A DNA stretch of 64,000 nucleotides from Eledone cirrhosa (GCA_964016885.1 OZ024741.1:378262001-378326000), one strand, 5' to 3'; positions 37,665 to 51,115 are shown, counted from the stretch's first letter. A program made the numbers and translations. The notes: a model not told the origin generated them from the sequence alone.

Positions 37665-38520
37665 TATTTTTCGTAGGCATGTTTTTTTTGTTTAAAATAA
37701 ATATTGGGCACAAAACCCCAATAAGCGGATATATAACTCCGAAGGGCCAAATAACGGGCAGAAAGACTCCACTCACGAGGAGGATGGTGTTTTTGTCTAC
37801 AATTTGGTTAAAGTTTTAAACAATTTACAATTGTTATAGCGGTCAAAATTTACAATACCTTACAGAGTCGAGCCTCCGTCAACCATAGCATTCAATAATA
37901 ATAATAATAATAATATTAGTAGAATTATGTTATAAGTACGATCCGTGTACACAATTTATTTTAGAAGGCCTATTTGTGATTCGTCCATTATGTTTCTACT
38001 TCGTTTTCTTAGTGTTTTTATTATTGTTTTGTCGATGGTGTTCGCTTTATTTCAAATCTTGTGGGAGCTTCGTTATGGGCGTCCATGATGTTATTCCGCC
38101 CGCTCCTATTATAACATAATTTTCTTCATTAAAATATCGGACCACATGTGTAAATAAAGAAACTGAATATCAGCCGCACCACTACTCAGATTTTTAAATC
38201 AAAACAAAAAGAAAAACGATATATGTAAGTAACAAACTCTATTGATTATATTACACATACATGTATTATAAACACAACGAACATTGTACACAAAACAAAC
38301 ATGCAGATATGCAGACGTTCGCTCTTTGAACTTAAAGAAAAAAACTATTTGAAGAAGAGAAGCAGTCGCAGACCGGACTTATTTCGAGGATTAATTTTTT
38401 TTTAATCTGGTATTCCCTAACACGAAAATTCGACATATTATTTCACCACTTATCTCTACAAATAATCTGACACTAGTTGTGAGAACTGCATAAATATTTT
38501 TATATATTTACCCATTACAA

Positions 38521-38714
38521 GGGAGCGGGGGTTTGGCAGTATCGGTAGAGGGTCGGACGCCATGTTTTGTAGCATAGGGCTACGGCCCTTTGCGTTCTGA
38601 TTTCAAATCCGCCGAGGTTAACTTTGCCTTTGATCCTTACGGGGTCGATAAAATAAAGTACCAGTAATGTACTGAATAATTGCTGGCCTTGTGCCAAGAG
38701 TAGAAACAATTATT
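38521..38714 (+). mobile_element. tRNA-derived SINE, short-tail family
   Basis: A-box TGGCAGTATCGG, B-box-like TTCAAATCC, central TTTGCCTTT..GGGGTCGATAAAATAAAGTACCAG, tail CCTTGTGCC..AGAAACAATTATT; several copies in this window. Confidence 0.85.
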
Positions 38715-38829
38715 TGAAGAAAAGAAACAGACATAGATCGGAAAACACACTGTTTATTTTGGGGGATAAGTTCTGTTTAATCAAAAATCTGACTAGGTTC
38801 ATTAGGTTGCAAAGATCAAATTTTGATTA

Positions 38830-39420
38830 ATCTCAGTTCTGCATGGATCGATTATGAAAAAGCCTTTGACAGCATACCACACTCATGGATTCTGAAATCA
38901 CTGGACATCTTCTAAATCTCACCTGTGATCTCAAACTTCCTGAAACACAATATGTCATTATGGACGACAAATCTCCAATTGTCTCATTCCACTGGGGTAC
39001 TGTGCTCCGGGAATGTAAACATCAACTGTGGTATATTACAGGGTGACTCACTTTCACCCTTGCTTTTCTGCATAGTTTAATACCCCTTACACCCGAGCTT
39101 AATAGAACAGGGTACGGTGATAGACTTGACAACAAAAAAATAAGCCCCCTATTTTATATGGATGATTTGAAGCTATATTTCAAAGATAATTGTTTCTACT
39201 TTTGGCACAAGGCCAGCAATTATCTCAGTGCATTACTGGTACTTTATTTTATCGACCCCGGAAGGCAAAGTTAACCTAGGCGGGATTTGAACTGAGAATG
39301 GCAAGGGCCGTAACTCTATGCATCAAAGCATGGCGTCCAACCCTCTACCGATATTGCCAATTCACGACGAACTAGAAGGCCTTTTGCGGAAGTAAAAACG
39401 CTTAGCGATGACATCAGAAC
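38830..39420 (+). pseudogene. RT fragment of a third R4/Dong-like family, interrupted by a SINE
   Basis: AWIDYEKAFDSIPHSWI, NCGILQGDSLSPLLFC and LFYMDDLKLY, then the SINE, then DELEGLL..SDDIR. Confidence 0.8.
39186..39364 (-). mobile_element. tRNA-derived SINE, short-tail family
   Basis: Reverse complement of the 38521 element. Confidence 0.85.
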
Positions 39421-39519
39421 ACAGTCAAAAACAAACGCAACAGCAAAAAAAAAAAAAATTCAAAAGTTTTGAACGCAACAACCTCTACCTCCCTCGCTGC
39501 TATGACTACGAGCTTAGCG

Positions 39520-42500
39520 TAGCTAAAATCAAAAACAGCAGCAGCGGCAACATCACCACTAGTAAACGATGTTACTGGCCTTGAAAAATAAAAAATAAAA
39601 AATAAAAAATAAAAAATAAAAAATAAAAAATAAAAAATAAAAAATAAAAAAAAACTAAGTCAGGCATTCAAACATTACAATGAAACTTACGTTTATTTTT
39701 TTATGTTCTTATTTATTTATTTGTTTATTTATATGTTCGTCTATAGCGTGATGGTGACACGCTAAAATCACCGGTGGTGATGAAATTACCGGGGGTTATG
39801 TAACCATACATTCACCAATCCTCGATATCAGTGTTTAAATGTCGAACCTAAGCAGTTTGAATAACGGTGAAAAGGAGACTGGGACGTTATGTGAATAACT
39901 CTCACCCAGCAGGTGCTCCCTGGCCCAGCTTCAGGGACCTGGCTGTCATCCAAATACTGCTGGTGTTGGAGGAAGGGGAAGAAGGGAAGGGACCAGAACC
40001 AACTGGACGAAAGAAATGAATAGAGCTGTTATGCAATGTTACCTGAAGAGTAACCCCATGCAAAAAGGCCATAGGAAACGGATGCATAACATCTGGGACA
40101 AGATTGGTATATTTAAAAATTGTCCGGGCAGGCTCAGGTAATAAGAACTAATGGATGGATAAGCGAGTTGAAACTGGAGGAACTGAGCAGAGAGATTAAG
40201 TTGGAAATGGAGAGTGGAGTATTCCAGACAAACGAGCCAGTGGGAAATGAAGGTGAACGGGTTGAGAGACCTGAGGACGCATCAGAAGCAAACAATGATC
40301 TGATGCTGAAATTAATAACATCTGGAACAAAGATACGGGCCCTGACTAAGTGAATGCTGACGGGCTAGGACAAGATTTGGTTGATATCCTGAACTTAATA
40401 ATAGATAAAATGAACGATGATATTGGAAAACCTATGAACCTAAGATTTGTAGAGGGGAAAAAAGTTAAAAGAAACAACAGCTAAGGTAAACAAAGTCATC
40501 CCACACCTTGAGGCGAGGAACCTTCACCAATGCAACACTATCCTCAAATCAACCGCAAATGAGGTGAGGAAATTCCTTGGCATAAACAACGGAAGAAACA
40601 ACAAACAAGAAAGATCAGAACCTTGGTGGAAGAAATGACTGAATGGTCAAAAAAGGAAATGAGAAAAGACATTGGAAAGCTTGAGTCCTTACTCAATGGG
40701 ACAATACAAAATATAATCATTAAAGATAGATTAGAAATAAAATACAAAACTAGGGCGGAAAAGCTAAATATTATCATAGATGAACTGAAGCGACGCATAG
40801 CAAAAAATGCAAAGATTAGGCGGTATGAGAACAGAGTCAGTTAGTATAGACATAACCATGCAGAAGATGTTGTTTGGACAGGTTGAAGGGAAATAATGAG
40901 GCAATGGCGTGATCCCTGAAGCGGAACCGATTAAGACATTCTGGAGAGGAATATGGGAACAGGATGTTGAACATAATAGTCAGGCAGTGGGGATTGAGAC
41001 AGGTCAAAAGGAGATTAGTGGACAAGCACACCAACAACCTGATTTGAGTATCACAGTTGAAATTCTTAAAGGGCAGACCAAAGAACTAATCAACTGGAAA
41101 TCACCAGGCCCAGATGGTTTGCAAGTGTATTGGATTAAAAACATAACATCCTTCCACCCGAAACTGACAACCAGGTTCAATGACTGTTGATGTCGGGTGA
41201 GGTACCAGAGTGGTTGACAATAGGTACCACAGTTCTGATAATGAAAGACCGAATCAAGGGTGATGATGTTACCAACTATAGACCTATCACATGTCTGTCC
41301 GTAATGTGGAAACTGTTGACAAGCATTGTGTCTGAGGAAATCTACCATAACCTCCACATAAACAACGTGTTACCGGACGAACAGAAAGGATCTCGAAAGC
41401 AATCCCGTGGTACAAATGACCACTTACTTATTGATAAGATGGTAATGAGGAATTGCAAGAGGAGGCACACTGATCTTTCCATGGGATGGATAGGTTACAA
41501 AAAGGCATTCGACACGGTTCCTCAATCTTGGATAACCAAATGCCTAGAGATCTTCAAGATGGCAGATAACATCAGACAGTTGTTGAGCAAAAGTATGAAG
41601 ATCTGGGAAACAGAGTTAATGTGGGGCGGAGAAACATTGGGAGGCGTGAAGATCAAGAGAGGTATCTTCCAGGGAGATAGTTTGTCCTTTCTGATGTTTG
41701 TCCTTGCCCTGATACTCCTGACTGTTATATTGCCAAAAGTCAGAGCAGGATACAAACTGGGAAAGTGAGAGCTTCCCATCAACCACCTCCTCTTCATGGA
41801 CGACTTTAGACTCTTTGGAAAGAGTGAGGAGTTGGATGTATTTGTTGACGCTGTCCGTATTTTCAGCAATGATATATGTATAGGATTTGGTATTAATAAG
41901 TGTAGAGTCCTACTGATGAAGAGAGGGTAAATTGAGCAGAAGCAACAGATTCCAGGTACCAACAGGTGAGATGATAAAGGAAATTGACACTGAAGAGGGG
42001 TACAAATATTTAGGTGTTCTGGAGTCAGATGACATCAAGAACAAAAAAAATGAAGGAATTGATAAGATCTGAGTAGATTAGGAGAGTAAGGAGCGTATTA
42101 AAATCACATCTAAATAGTATGAGTGTCATAAGTGCAGTAAATTCCCGAGGTGTGTCTATTATTCGGTACATAGCGGGAATTCTGAAATGGAATGTTGCTG
42201 AACAAAAAGAAATGGATAGGAAGAATAGGAAGCAATTGACTATCTACAACATGTTCCACAAGAGGAATGATGTCGATAGACTCTACTTAAAGAGATCTGC
42301 AGGTGGAAGTAATCTTATCAGCATAGAGGACTGTGTTCAGATGAAGAAAAACAACCTGCACAAATAGGTGACTTACAGTAGGGAGCCACTTCTCAAAATT
42401 GTACTGAAAGACATACTAGACCAAGGGATGTCCAAGGAGGAATTAACTACACGGAAGAAGAGCAACTTCATGAAAAATCCCTTCATAGTACCTTCTTTAA

Positions 42501-43317
42501 TAAAACTGAATTAAGATATCTACAGACATGGAACTGGTTAAAAAGAGGAGACCGTAAAAAAGCTACATAATGAATGTTAATAGCTGGGCAAGCGCAAGCC
42601 CTAAAAACGAAGTGGGTGAAACACCATATTGACAAGGATGAGGCTAGCTCACTGTGTAGGATCTGTGGAGAGAGAGGAGACTGTGGCTCACATTGTATCC
42701 GAGAGTAAACACCTAGCCCAGACTCACTATAAAGGCTTGAGACATGATGTGATGGGCAGGGTGGACCACTGGCACCTATGCAAAGTAAACCATTTACCAC
42801 ATTCTGACAAGTGGTATGAGCATAAGCCAGAGTCAGTGATAGAAAATGATCAGGTGAAGGTGCTGTGGCATTTTAGGATACAGACGGACAAGAAACTGGA
42901 AGACAATAGACCTGACCTGGTGGTTTTGGACAAGAAAAAAAGATCGTACCTGATTGTGGATGTGGCCTGCCCATTCGACACGACAGTGCAAGAGAAGGAG
43001 AGGGAGAAAATTAACCGATACCAGGACTTAAAGTGGGAGGTAAAAAGGATTTGGAACTGCCATGAAGTCAAAGTGGACCCGATTGTCATAGGCGCACTAG
43101 CTACTATCTCAAAGAGGTTCCAGGGATGCTTAAAGTAAACTGGCCCCGGCCCGCTTGTTGGAACACTTCAAAAGGCATGCTTGCTGGTAACAGCAAGAAC
43201 CCTCCGATATGTCCTGAATATCTGAGGCTGCAGGTAGTGGCTTGATATTCATTTCAACAAACTTTCCAGTTAACTAACATCAATGAGTGAGACTCAAAGA
43301 ACAACAATAATAATAAT

Positions 43318-43361
<44 letters not shown>
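39520..43361 (+). mobile_element. R4/Dong-like copy C (same family as the array, more decayed) with (TAA)n tail
   Basis: Collinear with array copies from the 5' UTR through the 3' UTR; many stops and frameshifts; tail at 43300-43361; (AAAAAAT)n at 39583-39654. Confidence 0.9.
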
Positions 43362-45106
43362 GAATTTCTTTATTGGCCACAAGGGCTGACATCAAGAAAA
43401 CAATTACAGACGGCACAGCACGGTAGAGGACGGTACGATGTAGGTTTTGTGCGTGTAAATATTTTTATTATTTATATAAGAAAAGAAAAAGAGACATAGA
43501 AACATATATATATATAAACAATAAAAATTTAAATTGAAAAAATGAAAAATTCCCCAATAGGGGGTAAACCTCCGAGGGTTACTCGTAGCGAAAACCATAC
43601 AAAAGACCACGGCCACGCTGACCGCCAGGACAAGCGCCCTCTCTCAATTTTTCCATCTCTCAAACTACAGACGTATATTCAAAGGGGTCGCGTTCACTCG
43701 GACCATTCTCGCTACATTCACCCACCTTTCAACAAACTTGCTAGAAGGCAGCACCTGCCTCTCCACCCTGATTTTCCTCTTCAAGTGAAACTTGAAAAAG
43801 TTAATTAGGGATTCGCTGAGGAGAAAAGTGTCTGTCTTTAACCCTTTCAACCTTGTCCACCACAGAATCTCTTTCGCCATGGACATCAGGCAGATGAAAA
43901 CTGCCTGCCCTTCATCCTCGAAGGAAGACGGCGAGACAATCTGCACATTGGACTCAGTCGATAACAATGCTCGGGCACTGAACGAATGCGTGCACGACGG
44001 TTTCGTCGCTCTGCGCGCATCTCGGACAGGTTCGGCTGACGGCACTTCCGCGCCTGTAGAGGTTATCTCTAACCGGCAGCGCTCCCCGGTAGCACAGTTA
44101 GGCCAGGGATTTTTGGAAGTTATCTATAGGCCATGGGCTGAAAGTTCTCCGGAAGAGAGCAAACAGCTGATCATCTTCGACGCCCATGATCTCTCCGAGA
44201 ACGTCGTCGCTCTTCCCCTCCACTAGTCCTCTATAGAACGCCGAAATGGATGTTCCACCGATATGGTGCCCAGCTGGAGACATTCTAGTTTCCAGGCACT
44301 ATCCCTCGGTCTTTTTCTGGTCCAGGACTGCAGGTCCGTCAAGGAGACGAGCTGTGGGAAAACGTGCCTGTCGAACGGCGACCACACCTGTTCACCGTCA
44401 AGGAAACACCAGAGATGTCGCAGCCTCAGCGCATGTTTGCCCATCATCAGCCATGGCATGGCCAGTCCTCCACCCAACGGGTGTTGACAGCAGATGGATC
44501 GTCTGACCATGGGAGCGCGTCTCTTCCACAAAAAGCGGAATAGGAGGCGCTCCATTTTGGTGAGATTTGGGCCGGAGCAAGGGACGACGGTGAGGCGGTA
44601 GCAGATGACGGATGCGATGTACGCATTCGCCACCTACGCACGGCCTTTCAGGGACGCCTTTCTCTCTGCCCATTTCTGGGTGAGGGAGGCCCCCTTGATC
44701 GTCACTTCGTTCCAGTTTTTCTGCATCTGGAGGTCCGGTCCGAACCAGACCCCGAGCAATTTAACTGGTCCGTCGGTCCAACGCCCCACGACGCTGTCGG
44801 ACGGCATGTACTTGCCTCTCCAGGTGCCGAGCTGCAATCCCACCGACTTTTCTGGTTTATCTTTGCTCCTGTCACCTCTTCGTATTCCTTGAGAGCAATG
44901 CCGAGCATTTGGCGTATCTGGTCCTTGACACCAGCACGGTGATATCGTCGGCATAAGCCGACTCGGATTTCCCGCATCCTAGTTCGCGTGGGACGCCCCT
45001 CCTCGCCCCCAATTTGAGCAGTAACGGCTCGAGAGCCAATACGTACTAAAGGGACTAGAGGGTCAACCCTAGTGGACTGAGCGCATGATGCTGAACGGCT
45101 GCGAAC
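43362..45106 (-). mobile_element. Tx1/L1-like copy T3, 5'-truncated
   Basis: RT-thumb and C-terminal homology (VKLLGVWFG, GGLAMP, LINFFKFHLKRKIRVE); the 3' end with AATAAA abuts the Dong C tail. Confidence 0.88.
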
Positions 45107-45169
45107 GACAACAACAGTGCAAGAAAAGGAGAAGGAGAAAATTAAACAATGCCAGGATTTTATCATCAC

Positions 45170-46085
45170 CCGACGGCTTCAGCCGAAATGGACTCAACAA
45201 TTGATTTCAACGGGGGTCTGTCGTTCATTCCCGTTGCCAAGTCCAGGAATTCAATACCAGAATCTCTGGAGATGACATCGGGGTAGTAGAGCTTGCGCCC
45301 CCTGTTATTAGTGATTGCTTCTAGTTTCCAAAGCACTAATGGGGATATAGCATCGTAGGTGGCACGATGGCAGAGGCCAGCAAACCTGTCTCTCTTCTAA
45401 CGTACTACGTGGGATGCCGGCATATATTTCTCTCATAATGCAGTGGCCAAATCACACGAGCAAGTTGCACCATATTCATTGAGATTTTAGCAAATGTATT
45501 GGGGGTGGGAGGTAGCACTTCCCACTCCTCCTCACCTTGCTTTCCAGGTGGTCCACCATACCACCTCTTTCACAACGGTCACAAGACAGAGGATATTGGC
45601 CTTCCCTGCCTTGCCAAAAGAAAGCGGTGGGTCGATCTTCACTATTGACTCGACCAATGGCTGGTCCGTTCTACACGCGATAAAAGCTGTTCGACATAAT
45701 TCCACAATTCAGTAATTCACGGACATTGGACGCCAGAGTACAGAACAGTTTCGTAGCTGAGTGTGCATCTTTGGGAATTTATCCGTGTCCACGGCTCGAA
45801 GGTCCTCCGGAGCAGACTGGGCAGTTCGACTTCGTCGACACCCTGACTCTCTCCGAGTGCGTCATCACACTTGCCCACCACTAATCCTCTATAGAACTCG
45901 ACAGTGGAAATGCTACTGAGTGCATTGCCCGCCTAGTAGAGAGTTGAAATTATCAGACAACGTTCCAGATACCCGTTCCCCATCTCGGTTTCTTCTTCAC
46001 CCATGATTGTAGCTCAGACAAAAAGACGAGCTGTGAAAAGGCCCGTCTGATAAACGGCAACCACACTTGTTCAGTGTTTAGGCAC
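45170..46085 (-). mobile_element. Tx1/L1-like fragment T4 (ORF2 C-terminus and probable 3' UTR), decayed
   Basis: LWNYVEQLLSRV, ESIVKIDPP and KEVVWWT match the T2/T3 C-terminus. Confidence 0.7.
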
Positions 46086-46104
46086 AATATCTGAAGATAA
46101 TCAT

Positions 46105-47090
46105 ATATTCTATATTACTGGCCGCAAGGTCAGAACATAAGGACAATACAAAAAGAGGTGTCAATGGGGGTTTATATATAATCGAGCATAAATTATAAAA
46201 AATTAACAAAGAATATCAATAACAGAATTCCCCAAAGGGGCAGCATACCACTCAGGGATGACGTTAGGAATCCCACAAATCCCAACCCTCCCTCATCTCC
46301 AAGAGCATCCTAGAAAAGTGCCCCTCTCTCCCTCCATCCTTCCAGCCTATTTAGATACAAACTACTCCTCCATTTTATTCTTTCCAATTGCTACTTCTTT
46401 ATTGAATGGTATGGATTCTACTCTAATCGAGAGCGCCCCACCACCTATTGTTGACAATGGCCCCTGTCAACAGCAGCTTAACTAATTTGCTAATCCGGTC
46501 GCTGTAGACTTTATGCGCCGGGACCCACGTGTTAAGCTTCCAGTAGCCAGATCCCTGAACACGTGTTCTATCTAACAAACTTTTGGTCTGAATATGAGAC
46601 ATTCTGTAATTGTGGACACCCTACACTATCTTTTCCACTAATCTAATTAGAAACCTTTCTAAGTATGATCTAGATGTCCCTGAAGTGGCGCATTAGGGAA
46701 ATCGAGTCGATACCTGTAAGACATTTGAAACTAGCTGCTCAGGTTGTTGAGGCGTTTACACCCCTTACCCCACACTTCTATCGGCTCCTCCCACACATCC
46801 CCAGCGTGCGTCCAAGATTCCGTTCCAGTCCACTGATAAGACTAAAGGGCGAGACGTTTCTAGAAAGACTTCCAGACGCCTAAAGAAATCAGGCCGCCCG
46901 GCCCCAATCTAAAATCACCACCTTCACTATTGTTCACATCTAGAACCTCCAGCTTACCGTCCGGGTCCAGGAAGATCGTCCGTACCTCCAGACCCAGGCC
47001 TTTCCTAAACAGCACTGCCACCCTGCCTCCATTCCAGACCGACTAAAAGATGCGTAGATCCCAAAGTATTCGAAAATAAGGGCTAGTGCC
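46105..47090 (-). mobile_element. Tx1/L1-like fragment T5: 3' UTR joined to APE region (large internal deletion)
   Basis: 3'-end motif CCTTGCGGCCAGTAAT and the AATTCCCCAA motif shared with T2/T3; APE homology (GYWKLN, IFLDPDGKL) at 46360-47090. Confidence 0.65.
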
Positions 47091-47585
47091 AGTTGTTACT
47101 TTTGTCTTTTCTTTGTTCTGTCTAACGCCATTTTCCCGTGAAGTGATAAATTGATATCAATCGATCTACGTAACTGTATATGCGTCTATCTGCCTATCTT
47201 TGTATCTCACAGTCTGTTATGAATTGATCTGTCTGCCTTACAGATGCATCTAATTTTGGACATGAGCAACAATAATAACAAATCACAAATCTAAATCGCT
47301 CTCCGACGACAGATAGATAGGTATGTGGTGAGACAGCAATTATCGGATTTTATTGTATATGCAATTGATACTAATTAAAGTAAATATGGAAGAACATTAT
47401 TGTTCTATTGACTTAAATGAATATAACATTGTTAGAGGGAATGAGAAGAGTTCATTGCAATCTGGTAATTGATAAATAAAATATGTTTACACTATATCCA
47501 GATATTCCAAACGTGTATTAGTTTTGTATAGACACACACACGCACGTGCCTGCACAGACGCACACGCACCCTCACACATGCACCT

Positions 47586-47600
47586 ACACACACACACACA

Positions 47601-47671
<71 letters not shown>

Positions 47672-47798
47672 TGTGTGAGTGTGCGAGTGTGTATGTGTGT
47701 GTGTGTATCAAAGCTTTTGTACATTCAATTTGAGTATCTTGGTCAACCCATGAACAGTTCAGCCTACATATATAATTGTACGTGTATATGACTAATGC

Positions 47799-47835
<37 letters not shown>
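47586..47835. repeat. (CA)n/(TG)n and (TA)n microsatellites
   Basis: Directly visible. Confidence 0.95.
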
Positions 47836-47837
<2 letters not shown>

Positions 47838-47867
47838 AAAGAATAGAGGTGTAACACACGAGTTGTG

Positions 47868-48195
47868 ATATATTAGTAAGAGGAAAAGAAAATGCTGACA
47901 CATTTTTCCCAGTGAAATAGTTTCATTAGTAATAAGTATAAATTAGTAATAAGTATTGGTTAGTTTTCAGTTTTAGTTTTAAGATTTTACTGGTTGCGCA
48001 TTTATAATGCTTTTCAAAAATACCCTATCTCAAAATTATTTTTGAAAAGCATTAGAAATGCGCAACCGGTAACAAGTTAAATCCAAAACTGAATACTAAC
48101 CAATACTTATTACTAATTTATACTTATTCCTAATTAAACTATTTTCTCAATGGGAAAAATTCGTCAGCATTTTCTTTTCCTTTTACTAACATATA
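47868..48195. mobile_element. Foldback/MITE-like long palindrome
   Basis: ~150 bp inverted arms (TTAGTAAGAGGAAAAGAAAATGCTGAC / GTCAGCATTTTCTTTTCCTTTTACTAA) with a ~14 bp spacer at 48023-48036; TA-rich flanks. Confidence 0.8.
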
Positions 48196-48251
<56 letters not shown>

Positions 48252-48255
<4 letters not shown>

Positions 48256-48360
48256 AGGCGTGTGGATTCGCAATCGTAAGGTTGTGAGTTCGATTCCTGG
48301 ACCAGGCGACGCGTTATGTCCTTGAGCAAGACACTTTATTTCACGTTGCTCCTTCTACCT
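48252..48360 (+). mobile_element. tRNA-derived CORE-type SINE remnant (similar to octopus OR SINEs)
   Basis: B-box GTTCGATTCC followed by CORE-like TGTCCTTGAGCAAGACACTT. Confidence 0.7.
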
Positions 48361-50414
48361 GGAGTTGCGACCGATAGATAGTATTAGCAATTGGAAAGAC
48401 CAATGGAAACATTGTTCCCTCGGTCCGATTTGACGAAAGTCGATCGTTCCTATATATATAGGGAGGGGCTCTGTATATATTTCAGTCTAACTATGTGCGT
48501 GCATGCATTCATACATTACGCAAAATTTAGATATAGTTTACTGCTCCGCACTTAGCCGTATAACATTATACATTAATTTAATTCTCTTACAATTTCCTTT
48601 CATATTTACGCTTATCATTACCAAATGTATATGCAACATATTACAAGAAATTTTTAAGTCTCTATATCATATCCATCTATATTCGAAGAGATATTGTGAT
48701 TTGTTTTAACTGTTGTTATTGTTGGTCTTGTCCACATAATTTAGTGATGGACGAATAAGTACCTGTCACATATAAATAACTGTCTTTAAATATCTGACCT
48801 TACTACACACCGATATCAAAATATTAGTAAAAGAGCTAATATCCCATTGAAGTGTTTTCACCTTAAAGAGAGGAAGGTTCTAAGGGATAAGAAGTGTTAG
48901 AATGCCAAGATGCCATTTGTTATGCATCATGTTAAGTGATGGACATATATACATTTATGTCATATAATTGCCATGAAAAGCTAATAACAGTTAAACTAAT
49001 TAGAGAAAGCAATAAAGCAATAGACAATTAAATATATCGATCTCAAATAAAACTATTAATAACAATATTCATAACTAAATTGTATGAATGTCCATTGAAA
49101 ACATTATATTAACATTGGTGAAGCTGGCTAATAACAGCCTGAAGCAAATGATAAGAGTACTTGAAACATATTTAAAATTGAAATTCCTGAAGCCACATAT
49201 CACTTGTAATTGTTTACTTTTTTAACACTAGTTCTAATAAATCCTATTTATCAATACTTTTCTTAACAATTTCTGAATACCATTTGTTCACTGAATACAA
49301 ATAATTGACAAGAAATTAAGAAGAGAAGATTATTTGTATCTAAAGATCAATTTCAATAGTTCATGAATATCTCCATTTACAATATCTACCTCATTATATT
49401 TCACTCTATTCAATCTGTTATTGTATTTTTAAATTCAACATATATGATGAAGCATGATATAGAGTATAATCCAAAATATAAAAGGGAAACACAATAATGG
49501 GCACAACTAAAGTCTTATATTTTTCGTCTTTTGTAGTCATGAACTTTTAATAACACATGCTACCTTTGTAAAATCTGTGTTAAATACCTTGATTCGTATA
49601 CTCATTTCTTTCTGCGTAATTGAAATTACTTATGATTATCATCACTAACGTCAATATCGACAATAACATTAGCGGCGACATTTTCCACATCGTTTAGTCT
49701 GTGCATGCGTATATGATGCATGTATATTATATCGTACAGCAGCTAGGGAATCAGTACGCTTTTGCATCGGCAGAAATCTTTTATTTAACGGATTCCTTGA
49801 ATTTGATTGTGCAGAACACAAAGATAGCTGCAGAGTTAATAAGACTGCCTAAGTGTTTTGTGTATTAGGGTAACACATTATATCAAATTAATTAGTATCA
49901 GGTCAACACATTATTAAATGGTGTTTTACGCTTATTACGTCAATACATATGAAATAAACGATGAGTAGGTTAAGCAGTATGTAAACACTTGTGATATTGA
50001 TAAACACACAGATGAACACAGCAGTGTATTTTATAACATTGTTTTACGTAGCATAACGCACATTCAAACAGGCGTACAATAAATCATACAGTTGGTTAGT
50101 AGGAAATTATATTTAAAAAAATGATATAATGATTTTCACATCTAAGGTATCTTTCGTGTCCAAAAATATATACATCTGTCAACGACACAGACGAAGAGGT
50201 TTATATTAGAAAGGTAGGCTAAAGAGACAGGCAAAAGGGCCGATACAGCAATAAACAGATACATACATCAATATAAATGAAATTCCCGTTTCAATGGCAG
50301 ATATTCAATTGTAAGATGGATTATTTTCCAAAAAGTGTCTAATGTAGTTATACGAAAAAGCATTATTGTAAATTTGTATTCATTGAGTAATCAACGAACC
50401 ATATTAATCTTTGG

Positions 50415-50415
<1 letters not shown>

Positions 50416-50491
<76 letters not shown>

Positions 50492-50515
50492 TGTGTGTGT
50501 ATGTGTATATATATT
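50416..50515. repeat. (TA)n/(TG)n microsatellite
   Basis: Directly visible. Confidence 0.95.
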
Positions 50516-50804
50516 CCATAAAGAAGAATAAAGGTAAATTCAGTGTATTCAGTTTTTGATCATGCAAGTTTTAATCCATAAAATCCCATGCTTCTCTCTA
50601 ATATATAACGCTCATATGTATTGAAATTGTCAAACGTTTTGCAATCTAGTTATTTCACTACATCTCTATGGTAGTAATTAATACTATGGGAACTATGATT
50701 CAGCCGCCTTATTTCTATGAAAGTCCTGTTTGTTTCTTATATTAGTCAATTTTGATGACAACGTCTAGAATATTTTTTCTACTATAAGACATTCTTTAGT
50801 TCAA

Positions 50805-51115
50805 AAGTAGCTGACGGTACGAAATATGATCGGTACATATTTTCATTCATCGAAGGACTCTCTACTCATCCAGATCAAATTTGCCTTTCAACCTTTCAAT
50901 GAAGTTAAAAAAGTACCAGTCAAGTACTGGGATCGATTCTTCCGCTATATCTCTTTCTTATTTCCTCTTTCCCTGCAGTACTCAGACTTGGAAAGAGTTG
51001 GGCTCCACCAGCAGTAAAATCCTAAAGAAACGCCGTATGCCAATACGGTGCCCCTACAACTCTATGGGGAGTTCCCAGGCCGTATATACTGCCTACTTAT
51101 ATTCCAGATTATATT
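50805..51115 (+). mobile_element. SINE, long-tail variant, decayed
   Basis: Central TTTGCCTTTCA..AAGTACCAG domain plus a ~200 bp tail homologous to 57200-57420 (reverse). Confidence 0.65.

Larger units (their letters stand above)
32590..37893 (-). mobile_element. Tx1/L1-like retrotransposon copy T2, both ends present, internally deleted
   Basis: ORF1 at 35908-37664 with knuckle CFRCGSKTHLRAFC; ORF2 at 32833-35875; (TAA)n on both sides (32559-32589 and 37894-37915). Confidence 0.92.

Noticed and set aside
38521-38620. tRNA gene
   Set aside because: The A/B boxes belong to a SINE head; there is no intact cloverleaf.
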